Shown here: one piece after another, positions 47,884 to 57,070 of the stretch
Numbering within the stretch: position 1 is the stretch's first letter
Layout of the letters: each line of letters begins with the position of its first letter
IMG/VR virus record: IMGVR_UViG_3300000976_000009
Location: 141,151 to 205,150 of that record
Direction: 5' to 3' (one strand)
DNA from: a virus
Length of the DNA: 64,000 nucleotides
Position numbers and translations under genes: made by a program
Notes under the pieces: generated by a model
What the model was told of the DNA's origin: nothing
Database searches by the model: none
The model's input: only the letters and a program-made list of their open reading frames with translations

Positions 47884-48048
47884 ATGAATGATAAATTTAT
47901 TAAAGATGTTGATTATTATATTAAAGATGGTAATCTAATAATGACAAAATCTTACCACATTAAACGAGGACAATGCTGTGGTAATAATTGTAAACATTGT
48001 CCATTTAACCCAAGATATACAAAAGGGGTGAGAGAAATTAAAAACTAA
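47884..48048 (+). CDS. small Cys-rich protein, DUF5522-like
   Basis: HIKRGQCCGNNCKHCPF. Confidence 0.65.
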   Translation: MNDKFIKDVDYYIKDGNLIMTKSYHIKRGQCCGNNCKHCPFNPRYTKGVREIKN

Positions 48049-48130
48049 TAAAAATGAAAGAATTGGAGGCGATAAGCTAAAGAGAATCGAAGAGAGTAAA
48101 AATAATGTCGGTTCTCGCAACGATAGAAAG

Positions 48131-48550
48131 TTGAAGAAATACTCTCAGAAGTTTAACAAGATGTTTGATTTCTATTTAAAAGTATACAGAAGCGGACTAA
48201 TCATATTTTGTGGTGTTGGTGTAGAAGTAGATTCTGATATTAATGGTTCAGATGGTAAGTTTGGATTCAGAGAATATGATAATGGTAGATTTAAGTTTAA
48301 GACACCAATCACCAGACACCCTAATATATTAAGAGGGGTGATTACTGGAAAGAAAGGTTGGGGACTTTGGGTTGAACAATGGTCACAAGGGATTGTTGAT
48401 TGGTCATTCACAAAAGAAGAAATACTTAAAGAATTTACTGATAGAGATATAGAAATACCAGAACCTTTAATGAAGGAATGGGATAAATTAATTGAGAGAA
48501 AGAAAAAGAAGCGTAACTCAGATTATTTTGATGAGTTACAAAATAAGTAA
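48131..48550 (+). CDS. hypothetical protein
   Basis: ORF. Confidence 0.55.
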   Translation: MKKYSQKFNKMFDFYLKVYRSGLIIFCGVGVEVDSDINGSDGKFGFREYDNGRFKFKTPITRHPNILRGVITGKKGWGLWVEQWSQGIVDWSFTKEEILKEFTDRDIEIPEPLMKEWDKLIERKKKKRNSDYFDELQNK

Positions 48551-48554
48551 TAAT

Positions 48555-48678
48555 GGACGTATGGTGTAATGGTAGCACGGTTTAAAAAAGGTAATCTGAT
48601 TACTAAAGATTATTTTCAGCAACATATACAAATTTGCCTGTCACGCAAGAGGTGGGGGTTCGATTCCCTCTACGTCCG
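48555..48678 (+). tRNA. tRNA-Asp (GTC) with 53-nt stem-CAGCAA insertion between D and anticodon arms
   Basis: all four arms present; insert 48580-48632. Confidence 0.75.
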
Positions 48679-48710
48679 CAACATTTCAATATTAGGGGAT
48701 ATTTATTAGT

Positions 48711-49295
48711 ATGAAAACGTTAATTAAAAAACTCCTTAGAGAAGGTCTTATAAATGAAGGTAATAACCTAATTGCTTATCATGGTTCACAACATAAGATA
48801 AAGAAATTTACAGATGATTTTGTTGGTGGTGCTGAGGCTAGAGACCAAGAGGGACCAGGTATTTACTTCACAACCGAAGAAAAGGAAGCACTTGAATATG
48901 CAAAAGGTGGTGGTTACATATATAAGGTAAATCTATCATTAGGTAAACTAGTATCTAATGAACCTAATATGGATTTAGATTACTTAAGTAAACCAATTTC
49001 AAAATTAATTAACGCAGCACCCAATTGGGAAAGAGTAGCTAGAGGTTACGATGATGACATCGAAGAAGGTAAATATGAAATGATTCATAAATACGTTGGT
49101 ATGGCTATGAGTGAGAAGGAGGCATTTGTTGGTATGTATGGTGATGTATATAAAAATGCACCAACAGCATATGTTAGAAACATGACTAAATTAGGTTATG
49201 ATGGTGTTAATCTACCAACGGCTGGTGGTGGGGCACATATTGCAGTCTACAATACATCAGCTATTCAAATTATTGATGCTAAGCAAATCAAGTAA
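48711..49295 (+). CDS. ADP-ribosyltransferase-like protein, paralog of 8698-9276
   Basis: AYHGS, DQEGPGIYFTT, YVRNM.KLGYDG shared. Confidence 0.65.
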   Translation: MKTLIKKLLREGLINEGNNLIAYHGSQHKIKKFTDDFVGGAEARDQEGPGIYFTTEEKEALEYAKGGGYIYKVNLSLGKLVSNEPNMDLDYLSKPISKLINAAPNWERVARGYDDDIEEGKYEMIHKYVGMAMSEKEAFVGMYGDVYKNAPTAYVRNMTKLGYDGVNLPTAGGGAHIAVYNTSAIQIIDAKQIK

Positions 49296-49346
49296 ATCGT
49301 TTACATTTTCCATGATTTATATTATACTTAAACAAAAGTAATAATC

Positions 49347-50423
49347 ATGGAAAATATCGTTTATCACCCTAATCGGGTGTCGAAAGAAGAAAAAAACTTA
49401 AAACAAAATCACAAATCACCAGTAATCTGGTTAACAGGGTTGTCCGCTTCTGGTAAATCAACAATTGCAAATAAATTAGAACAAATATTATTTGAAATGG
49501 GGGTTAAAACCCAAGTACTTGATGGAGATAATATTAGACTTGGATTAAATAAAGATTTAGGTTTTACAGACAAAGACCGTAAAGAAAATATGCGTAGAAT
49601 CGCAGAAGTAGCTAAATTATTTTCAGACTCTGGAACATTAACTATCGCTGCATTCATATCCCCTTTTGAGGTAGAAAGACAATTATGTAAAGAAATTATT
49701 GGTGAAGATAATTTTATTGAGATATTTGTTAATGCTGATTTAGCTACTTGTGAGGAAAGGGACCCAAAAGGGTTATACAAAAAAGCTAGAGCTGGAGAAA
49801 TACCAATGTTCACTGGTATTGATTCCCCATATGAGAATCCAACCAACCCAGATATTAGTATTAATACATCAGTTTTTTCGGTTGACTTTTCAGTTGATTT
49901 TATTATCCACCATTTAGTAGATAATTGTTTTATTTCAAAATTAGATAATACTGTTTGGAATAAAACAAATCATGGAGGTGAGCCAACTAAAAATTTAGAT
50001 AAAAAAAGGGCAGTATTTATCGGTAGATTTCAACCATATCATCAAGGTCATATATCTTTAATTCAACAAAAAATTGATGAAGAGATACCAGTATTAATTA
50101 TGGTAAGGGATATATACCCAGATGAAAAAAACCCATTCACAACAAAGCAAACTGTTGACATGATAGAAAAATACCATTATAATAGACATAATGAAGATGT
50201 TGAAATTATGATAATTCCAGATATTGAATCAGTTAATTATGGTAGGGGTGTTGGATATGAAATTAATGAATATATACCACCAGAACATTTAGGATGGATA
50301 TCAGCAACTGAAATAAGAGAATCAATTAAAAATGGGAATAATGACTGGAGAGAACTAGTCGATAAATCAATCCAAGAGGATGTAGTAAAATATTTAACAA
50401 ATGAAGACAAAGAGAACACATAA
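49347..50423 (+). CDS. cysC: adenylyl-sulfate kinase fused to HxGH nucleotidyltransferase
   Basis: TGLSASGKST, LDGDNIR, RDPKGLYKKA; GRFQPYHQGH, ISATEIR. Confidence 0.88.
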   Translation: MENIVYHPNRVSKEEKNLKQNHKSPVIWLTGLSASGKSTIANKLEQILFEMGVKTQVLDGDNIRLGLNKDLGFTDKDRKENMRRIAEVAKLFSDSGTLTIAAFISPFEVERQLCKEIIGEDNFIEIFVNADLATCEERDPKGLYKKARAGEIPMFTGIDSPYENPTNPDISINTSVFSVDFSVDFIIHHLVDNCFISKLDNTVWNKTNHGGEPTKNLDKKRAVFIGRFQPYHQGHISLIQQKIDEEIPVLIMVRDIYPDEKNPFTTKQTVDMIEKYHYNRHNEDVEIMIIPDIESVNYGRGVGYEINEYIPPEHLGWISATEIRESIKNGNNDWRELVDKSIQEDVVKYLTNEDKENT

Positions 50424-50563
50424 TTTTATTAATAGCTGGAGACCATCCAGTAAACAAAAAGATAAAGTACAAATTGAATTAAGGGTTGGAAGATTAACAA
50501 TTTTTGGGTTAGCGTTTGATATTTCTAAAGGTAGTTTTAGAATTATGATATTAAATATTGGAT

Positions 50564-50788
50564 ATGAAACCAAAAATTGATAGGAAGAGACACCTATTAA
50601 AAGCCATCACTTGGAGAATTATTGCATCACTAACTAGTTTTTTTCTTGCTTGGGGTGTAACTGGTAATATTAAAGCTGGCTTATCTATTGGTGCTGCTGA
50701 TGTAGTAATTAAATTTGTGTTATATTATTTTCATGAAAGAGTATGGTATAGTTACGATTTTGGTGTTAAACATAAAGATAAAAACTAA
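50564..50788 (+). CDS. DUF2061 membrane protein
   Basis: KAITWRI..YYFHERVW. Confidence 0.8.
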   Translation: MKPKIDRKRHLLKAITWRIIASLTSFFLAWGVTGNIKAGLSIGAADVVIKFVLYYFHERVWYSYDFGVKHKDKN

Positions 50789-50893
50789 TTAATTTTAGAT
50801 TAATTATAATTTTATTTTGGTAGATACAAATTATTTTTATATATTTGTACTCAACAAAGACTAATATTGGTCGAAACAATAAATATTATAATT

Positions 50894-51220
50894 ATGAGTA
50901 AATTTGCAACAAAATTATCTGCTTCAAACAAAGATATTAAAGCAGATAGAGCAGAAATGTTATCAGAAGAGGTAGCATTAGAGGTTAATGAATTTGTTAG
51001 TGGGTTAAAGAAAGAGAAAATTAAACTTAGAAATAAGGTTGCTCGTCTTACTGATTTGGCTCCAGATTCTAAGGATTCTTTAAGACCAACTTCTAAAGAT
51101 TTTTGTGCCTCTACTTGGGTAGCTGAATTGCACCAAGCAAAAATGGATTTAAAGCTCAAAGAGATTGAATTAGAAATTGCTAATGGTATCGAAAAAGAGT
51201 GGTTCTCTGATGAGGATTAA
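50894..51220 (+). CDS. hypothetical coiled-coil protein
   Basis: ORF after promoter. Confidence 0.6.
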   Translation: MSKFATKLSASNKDIKADRAEMLSEEVALEVNEFVSGLKKEKIKLRNKVARLTDLAPDSKDSLRPTSKDFCASTWVAELHQAKMDLKLKEIELEIANGIEKEWFSDED

Positions 51221-51653
51221 AGTTTACTTCTCAAAAACTAACAGAACTAACCCAGATGATGAATCTATGGTTAGGTCTGTTTTATCAGATTTCAATGATA
51301 TAGAGATAGTTGAATATAAAAGTGGGTCAAGAAACTTAGCTAATATTAAAGGATGTGACTATTTAATTATATTTCCAAATTATATAGATAAACATATCGA
51401 TTCAGATTGGGTTGGATTAAGTTTAAGTCAATATGATGAGTATTGTGCATTTAAAGATGTAAATTATTCAATGGATAATTCCAACATAATGTTTGTTACT
51501 GATACAAATCAACATTATAGATATATAAGGTTTCAAAATGATTTTGATTGTGATGAATCAGATGACCCAAATAATTATTTATATATAGAGAATACAATTA
51601 GAGGCATATTTGAAGATAGATTTGGTTTATCAGTTAGTAAATCACATTTATAA
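51210..51653 (+). CDS. hypothetical protein, paralog of next ORF
   Basis: shared KVY..K.N..NPD..IVE.K.G..D.LI. Confidence 0.6.
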   Translation: MRIKVYFSKTNRTNPDDESMVRSVLSDFNDIEIVEYKSGSRNLANIKGCDYLIIFPNYIDKHIDSDWVGLSLSQYDEYCAFKDVNYSMDNSNIMFVTDTNQHYRYIRFQNDFDCDESDDPNNYLYIENTIRGIFEDRFGLSVSKSHL

Positions 51654-51691
51654 TCAATGAAATCAAATTATTATCATTTAATAGGTTAATT

Positions 51692-52144
51692 ATGAAGAAG
51701 GTATATTTAGCAAAATCAAATAAATGCAATCCAGATAATGTTCAAATAATTAGAAAACTTTTGAAAAATTATGATTGTGAAATTATTGAACATAAGGGTG
51801 GTTCCTTTTCACATAAACCAATGATGAAATCAGATATATTAATTGTTTTACCATATTTAGAGGAATATGTAGAAAATAATATTGTTGGTAGGGGTTTATA
51901 TTCTCAAATAGAAGAATTTGAAAGAACAGGTAAACCTTGTTTAGTTGTTTATAATATTGATAAACAAATTTCGGTTGGTAATATTATTGATAAAGAGGTT
52001 TTAGATTATAATGACTTTTTCGAATATGGTGAAGTATGTGTTGACCCAGTTGGACCACTAAAAAATTCATTAAATGAATTCTTTGGACTATCTACTGATG
52101 TATTAATGAGTAAAAAAAATAATTATTTACTTATTTGTAAATAA
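51692..52144 (+). CDS. hypothetical protein
   Basis: paralog of 51210-51653. Confidence 0.6.
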   Translation: MKKVYLAKSNKCNPDNVQIIRKLLKNYDCEIIEHKGGSFSHKPMMKSDILIVLPYLEEYVENNIVGRGLYSQIEEFERTGKPCLVVYNIDKQISVGNIIDKEVLDYNDFFEYGEVCVDPVGPLKNSLNEFFGLSTDVLMSKKNNYLLICK

Positions 52145-52652
52145 TTTTTAAAATAAACTTGCAAGTTTGAAATATTAATTATAAATTTGCACAGTTAGAA
52201 ATAACAAAACGTTTTTTGAAATCTTGGAGTAATTAAAAATAATGTTTGGTAGTACAAAGATAGAGCGGTGCTCGGTAGGTACATTAACGAGGTAGGGACC
52301 AAATACATATACAGAATGCAGTTCTATTTGTCTTGCAAGACTAGAACAGGTAAACATTATCCCCTTAATTGGATTAGTGTAGGTTAAAATGGTGGTTCAA
52401 ATCCCTCATTCTGTGCAAAATTGGGGTGTTGGTCGCACAGGTCCTTGACGGACTGTTATTCTAGATGTGCATTGTGGTTCGATTCCACGTACCCCAGCAA
52501 GTCTCAGTTAGAAATGACAATAATTAAATTAATAAGGTTGAACCCCTTAACCACTTAGACAGACAGAGACAGGTTCTGTAAGTAAATTATGAGGAATAGT
52601 AGGTATAGTTTATTCTAGGCTCTGCGGGAAGTGCACTTCTACTAGAATGCTT

Positions 52653-52725
52653 GGTGACGTAGCTCAGTTGGTAGAGCAATGGATTGAAGCTCCATGTGTC
52701 GCTGGTTCGAATCCAGCCGTCACCA
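52653..52725 (+). tRNA. tRNA-Phe (GAA)
   Basis: ATGGA TTGAAGC TCCAT. Confidence 0.93.
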
Positions 52726-52869
52726 CGAAATCTTGCCTATATCAGCACCGCTAGTTTTATAGGATAGTTAAATACCTACCCCGTGCAGAAACGATTGCAG
52801 TCGTCTGTGGTAGAGGTGTTTATAAAATACGATATAGGACTGAGACGAGCGGGAAAACCTATATCACAT

Positions 52870-52982
52870 GGAAAGGTAGCTCAGATAGGTATATAGTAGA
52901 TAACATGTTATTAGATGATATACTTCGGTAGAGCAATGGGTTGAACACTCATGTGTCGTTAGTTCGAATCTAACCCTTTCCA
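52870..52982 (+). tRNA. tRNA-Phe-like with ~40-nt hairpin in D loop
   Basis: GCTC..GAGC D stem, ATGGG TTGAACA CTCAT. Confidence 0.65.
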
Positions 52983-53493
52983 CAGGTCTGGATGAATGTT
53001 ACAAGAGACGGAGCTTTTTAAATGTCTAAACAGTAACCACGTTTGATTTTCGTGATGAACTAATCTGCTGGGTAGTGCCCAAAAGAAAAACCACTACATG
53101 GGGAAAATCCAGAAGTAACTGGTAAATCGGCTGGCGTTAATCGCACGGAATCAAGTCGTAATTAGGGTGAACAAAAATCCGTTATACCTTAAGATTGTAA
53201 GTTAAAATCTTACTTTCTCCACAAGTTCGCTCCACGCTGGGGAGATTTGTTTCTTATCTCCTATGATGAGGCAGAACACCAAAATATCAGCTGAGAAGTG
53301 TGATTGAGGTTATTACTGTAGAAAAACAGGTGCAAGCAACTTTACTAAAACATCTCTTATGGAGGTTTGGTTCATACGAATAGATATTGTTCTATTGAAG
53401 GTACAGTTTGGGCTAAAAACATCATATAAGAGTTCTCGGAAGTTTGAGAAGACGTAATTTTAAAAGAGATGACATCGGGAAAGACTGAAATTT

Positions 53494-53654
53494 GGGTTGG
53501 GAGTTACGATTGGTTGAATGGTTCCTATTAGTACGGAACACCAAGGCAGAACATTAGTTTATTTGAGTGGCTTAAGACACGAAATGATTTAGGTGGGTCT
53601 GTATTAGGTTCGGGCGAATCCCGAAGGTTGCTGGTTCGAATCCAGTTCAATCCA
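53494..53654 (+). ncRNA. enlarged tRNA-like RNA
   Basis: GGGTTGG/TCAATCC-A, T arm GCTGG TTCGAAT CCAGT. Confidence 0.5.
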
Positions 53655-53778
53655 CGAATCTCAATACACATAGTCAGTGTATTAAATGTTGCATAACAGA
53701 CTCAGTTAAAAAAATGAGAGAGCAACGGAAGGAAAGTTTTCGCAAACCTACTTAGCTTTTGTAAGGTAAAAGCAACTT

Positions 53779-53829
53779 GGGGGTGTAACCAATTGTGGGT
53801 TATTGATGGGGCAATACCATCCACCTCCA
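53779..53829 (+). ncRNA. 51-nt mini-RNA copy 3
   Basis: GGGGGTG/CACCTCC-A (G3:U70), ATTG and CAATA loops. Confidence 0.6.
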
Positions 53830-54282
53830 CAACTAACCACCAATGCCTCTGCTAGCATGCACAATTTTGGTATCGAAGGAAAACTAGTTAGTACTGAGAC
53901 AGAGTTAAGCGATTCTCTAGGGTAGTTAAAATCGCAAATGGGGTTATCACGCCTTTTGGATTACGTTGGAAAGTTACAACCAACGCCTTTGGGTAATATT
54001 GGTAAGTCGGTAACATATTATAAGGTGTACATAAATGTACTAGTTACACACTACTTGTAATGTAAGAATGATAATGTTGGTTCGAGTCCAACTAATCCCA
54101 CTAGTGGTAGTTTGATTGAATGCTTGGGTCGCTCTTAAGTTGAAGGTTAAATATTACTTGCTCGAAGGGTCGCTCCCAAAGAGTCCCTTAGAAGTTCAAT
54201 TGGCTGAACGCCCTCTCGATGGGGGAGGCTGAGGGTTCGAACCCCGTCTAAGGTACAAAGAAGCTAAACGTATAATAGCTTT

Positions 54283-54366
54283 GGTGATATAGAGCAGTTG
54301 GTAGCTCAGTTGGCGAGGGAGTAATTCCGAACCGAAAGGTCATAGGTTCGACTCCTATTATCACTA
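54283..54366 (+). ncRNA. tRNA-like RNA with GNRA hairpin replacing anticodon
   Basis: fMet-like D arm; GGGA GTAA TTCC. Confidence 0.65.
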
Positions 54367-54397
54367 CAAGCGTGTCCCAACACGTTAATAAGGTTAA

Positions 54398-54514
54398 AAA
54401 ATTGTTACAGCAAATGTAAAAACTTGTATGTGAAACAACAGGACTAGGTTCGAATCCTAGCATAGAGATGGGAACTATGTGGTGTAATGGTAGCATTGAT
54501 AAAAAAGCAATTTT
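54398..54514 (+). ncRNA. circularly permuted tRNA (GTG) closed by stem-CAGCAA element
   Basis: order: anticodon arm, T arm, CATAG/CTATG acceptor hairpin, D arm; AAAATTGT/GCAATTTT closing stem. Confidence 0.72.
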
Positions 54515-54734
54515 GCCCTTTATGGAGTAAGTGTATGTCTGTCATAATTCGTATGAGTTATGATTTTGGGTTCGATTCCCATTTACCCCACAATATTAGT
54601 GGTGAGTCCTACTTAGCCTATTTTCATAGGGGTACAGGTACTTAATGAATGTATAACAGCTACTAATTTTTGAGATGGCTAGGAATGCGTGGAGTCATGA
54701 CCACAATGGGAGTTCAATTCGACCACATCTCACT

Positions 54735-54989
54735 AAAGAATGAGAGCCCAATTGGGTAACTCGCAGTGCGTTTAACAGACCAACTGACACACGTTTGAGT
54801 GGTAGTAATTACCCACGATAATTTTATACCTCTATCATCTGGTAACACTAGTGTTACCTTGTGAAACGTATAGTTGTGAAGGGACTGTGTGCCGAATCTT
54901 GAATTCCGTGACTTGGGATAGGGGTGTCAACACATGGGTTAAGGTAAGCCAGTCGGTTTAGTCACCGAGAAATTGTTATCTCATTCTTT
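54735..54989 (+). ncRNA. unassigned ~255-nt structured RNA
   Basis: 11-bp closing stem AAAGAATGAGA/TCTCATTCTTT, no ORF. Confidence 0.5.
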
Positions 54990-54994
54990 TTAAT

Positions 54995-55135
54995 AGGGAA
55001 GTAGCTCAGTTGTTTAGAGCGTGTGGAAAGCAACCTTAGCTTAGATTATATCTAAGTATCCGAAAGGGTATTCCGTTAGGAAATAAGGTTTGGTTGTGAG
55101 TACCAAGGTCGTTGGTTAGAGTCCAACCTTCTCTA
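54995..55135 (+). ncRNA. tRNA-like RNA with multibranch domain replacing anticodon
   Basis: acceptor, D and T arms intact; three internal hairpins. Confidence 0.6.
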
Positions 55136-55160
55136 CTAATAATAAATAAATTAGTTAACT

Positions 55161-55370
55161 ATGAGTAAAGTAACAGTAATTTTAAATCGTGTAAATTCAG
55201 AAGCACAAGGTGGTTTTGATAAAGAGGTAATTACATTAGCTATAGACCCAAACTGGTCAATTCCAGCAGTACATAGGGTAAATGGTCATAATTATGAGGC
55301 TAGACAAAAAGGTCAAGAAGGTGGTGTTGTAACATATTCTTTGTGTGATTCTGCTATTCCACAAGATTAA
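55161..55370 (+). CDS. hypothetical protein
   Basis: ORF. Confidence 0.55.
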   Translation: MSKVTVILNRVNSEAQGGFDKEVITLAIDPNWSIPAVHRVNGHNYEARQKGQEGGVVTYSLCDSAIPQD

Positions 55371-55372
55371 AA

Positions 55373-55462
55373 TGGGTCTCAGAGTGCCAGCTCCTATAGA
55401 ACCTCCCCAGAGGCGGAAGCAAGCAAGGATATATGGTTGTAGCGGTAGTTCTGAGTAACCTA
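55373..55462 (+). ncRNA. ffs: SRP (4.5S-like) RNA
   Basis: long hairpin with CAGA-G-GC-GGAA-GC-A-AGCA domain IV pattern and distal TGTAGC. Confidence 0.7.
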
Positions 55463-55601
55463 TTTAAGATAATGTCGTTCCCTTAGCGGGGTTCATGTGC
55501 TTATGACGAATACCCAGTGTGGTCGCTTAATTGAAGTTCGTTAGACTATTTTTTAGATGTTGTTCTTTCGTGGTCTTAAAATATGAAGGGAAAAACATTT
55601 T

Positions 55602-55810
55602 AATTGGAGATTTGAACATATAGAGTTCAAGGGTCTTACCTTCCGTGATGGTGACTAATTCGGAGAGCGAAAACGAGAGTAGCTAGACCCTACAAACAGA
55701 AGAATGTTAAATCTATTAGTAAGTCATAGTCTTTGCTGACAATGGGTGCTAATATGTCTGGGCTACGTAGCAGACGTTTAGGTATGAGGGGCAGAACCTC
55801 ACTCCAGTTC
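55602..55810 (+). ncRNA. unassigned ~210-nt RNA with tRNA-like 3' end
   Basis: AATTGGAG/CTCCAGTT plus TGAGG GGCAGAA CCTCA. Confidence 0.45.
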
Positions 55811-56246
55811 AATTGGTGAGAGATACCAATAAAGTTTACAAGGTACTTCAAAAACTTGAGGCTGATATACCCACGGTCATACAGAGGGGTCTGATTGGAA
55901 TATGGGTATTACTAAACCCACCACAGCGATAGTTGACTTTTTATTGGTAGTAAGACACCATTTGTTTTTGAAAAGGAAAAACATTGAACATCTAGCATAC
56001 GGAATCTCAATATGTGACATTGGTTAAAGGAGATTGATTTCGACTTTAACCACATAAATGTGAAAAGAGTGCGCTCGATGATATTAATATCATAATTAAC
56101 ATAGACGGGTTCGACCAGAGGCTGGCATGAGATGTAGGTTTAAGAAAGGTGATAAACACGGATTAGTTCCGACCTATTATTAATTAACGTTAGGACTACC
56201 AATATTTCACATAAAAAATAATTATAACCATTAAATAAATAAAACA

Positions 56247-56561
56247 ATGGAATTAACAGAAATTGGGGTTAAAAAAGAACTCTACAAGTCAAAAGTAATG
56301 GCTAATTTTAGTCGAGTAGAAAATGGTGTTTTATATTATACAGTCCAACTGGAATCTGGTCTTTATGAAATTCCATTAAGATTAGAAGAAGAGAAAATTA
56401 TTACCATTAATGATGGTGAAGATGTTTTAGCTTCATTTACAATTACTAGACCGACACCAGATATGAAGGGTGCTTCATTTGGACCAGAGGTTAAAGGGTC
56501 AGACCTTAACAGATGGATTGCAAAAGCAATGAAGACTGATGACTTTAAAAGAGTTGGATAA
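56247..56561 (+). CDS. hypothetical protein
   Basis: ORF. Confidence 0.6.
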   Translation: MELTEIGVKKELYKSKVMANFSRVENGVLYYTVQLESGLYEIPLRLEEEKIITINDGEDVLASFTITRPTPDMKGASFGPEVKGSDLNRWIAKAMKTDDFKRVG

Positions 56562-56585
56562 TAACGTAGTTCTAAATAATAAAAA

Positions 56586-56945
56586 ATGAGAAGAACAGGT
56601 AATAGAACGATTACTGTCAATAAGCAAAAACTTATGGACAAAATCAAAGAAAATAAAGAAAACCACATTGTTGAATATGAAAAGGCAGTTGCTGCTTATA
56701 AGAAAGAGGCATTAAAGCAATTGGAGAAACAAATTAACGCAGTTAATAATGGTTCACTTGAAGCTAGATTAAATCTAATCACTCCAATAGATAACCGAAC
56801 AAATTATGACAAGATTCTTGACATGTTTGAGTGGGAAGAGGAAGAATTAGTTACACTTGAACAAAGTGAATTCAATGAATATGTTCAAGATGAAACTGAA
56901 TTTGCTAGGCAAGCTAAGTTTTCAAACATGAGCTATTTAGGTTAA
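56586..56945 (+). CDS. hypothetical protein
   Basis: ORF followed by terminator. Confidence 0.65.
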   Translation: MRRTGNRTITVNKQKLMDKIKENKENHIVEYEKAVAAYKKEALKQLEKQINAVNNGSLEARLNLITPIDNRTNYDKILDMFEWEEEELVTLEQSEFNEYVQDETEFARQAKFSNMSYLG

Positions 56946-57070
56946 AACTAAGGAAATGGGGTTTATTTAGGTAAATCCCATTATTTTTTTTGTAAAAAGT
57001 TTGGTAGATACAAAAAGATTGTTTATATTTGTAGACAATTAGAAACGAATATTAATTTAAATACTAAAAA

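Noticed and set aside
52200-56240. RNase P RNA, rRNA or group I intron
   Set aside because: Did not find GAGGAAAGTCC or recognisable intron core motifs by eye
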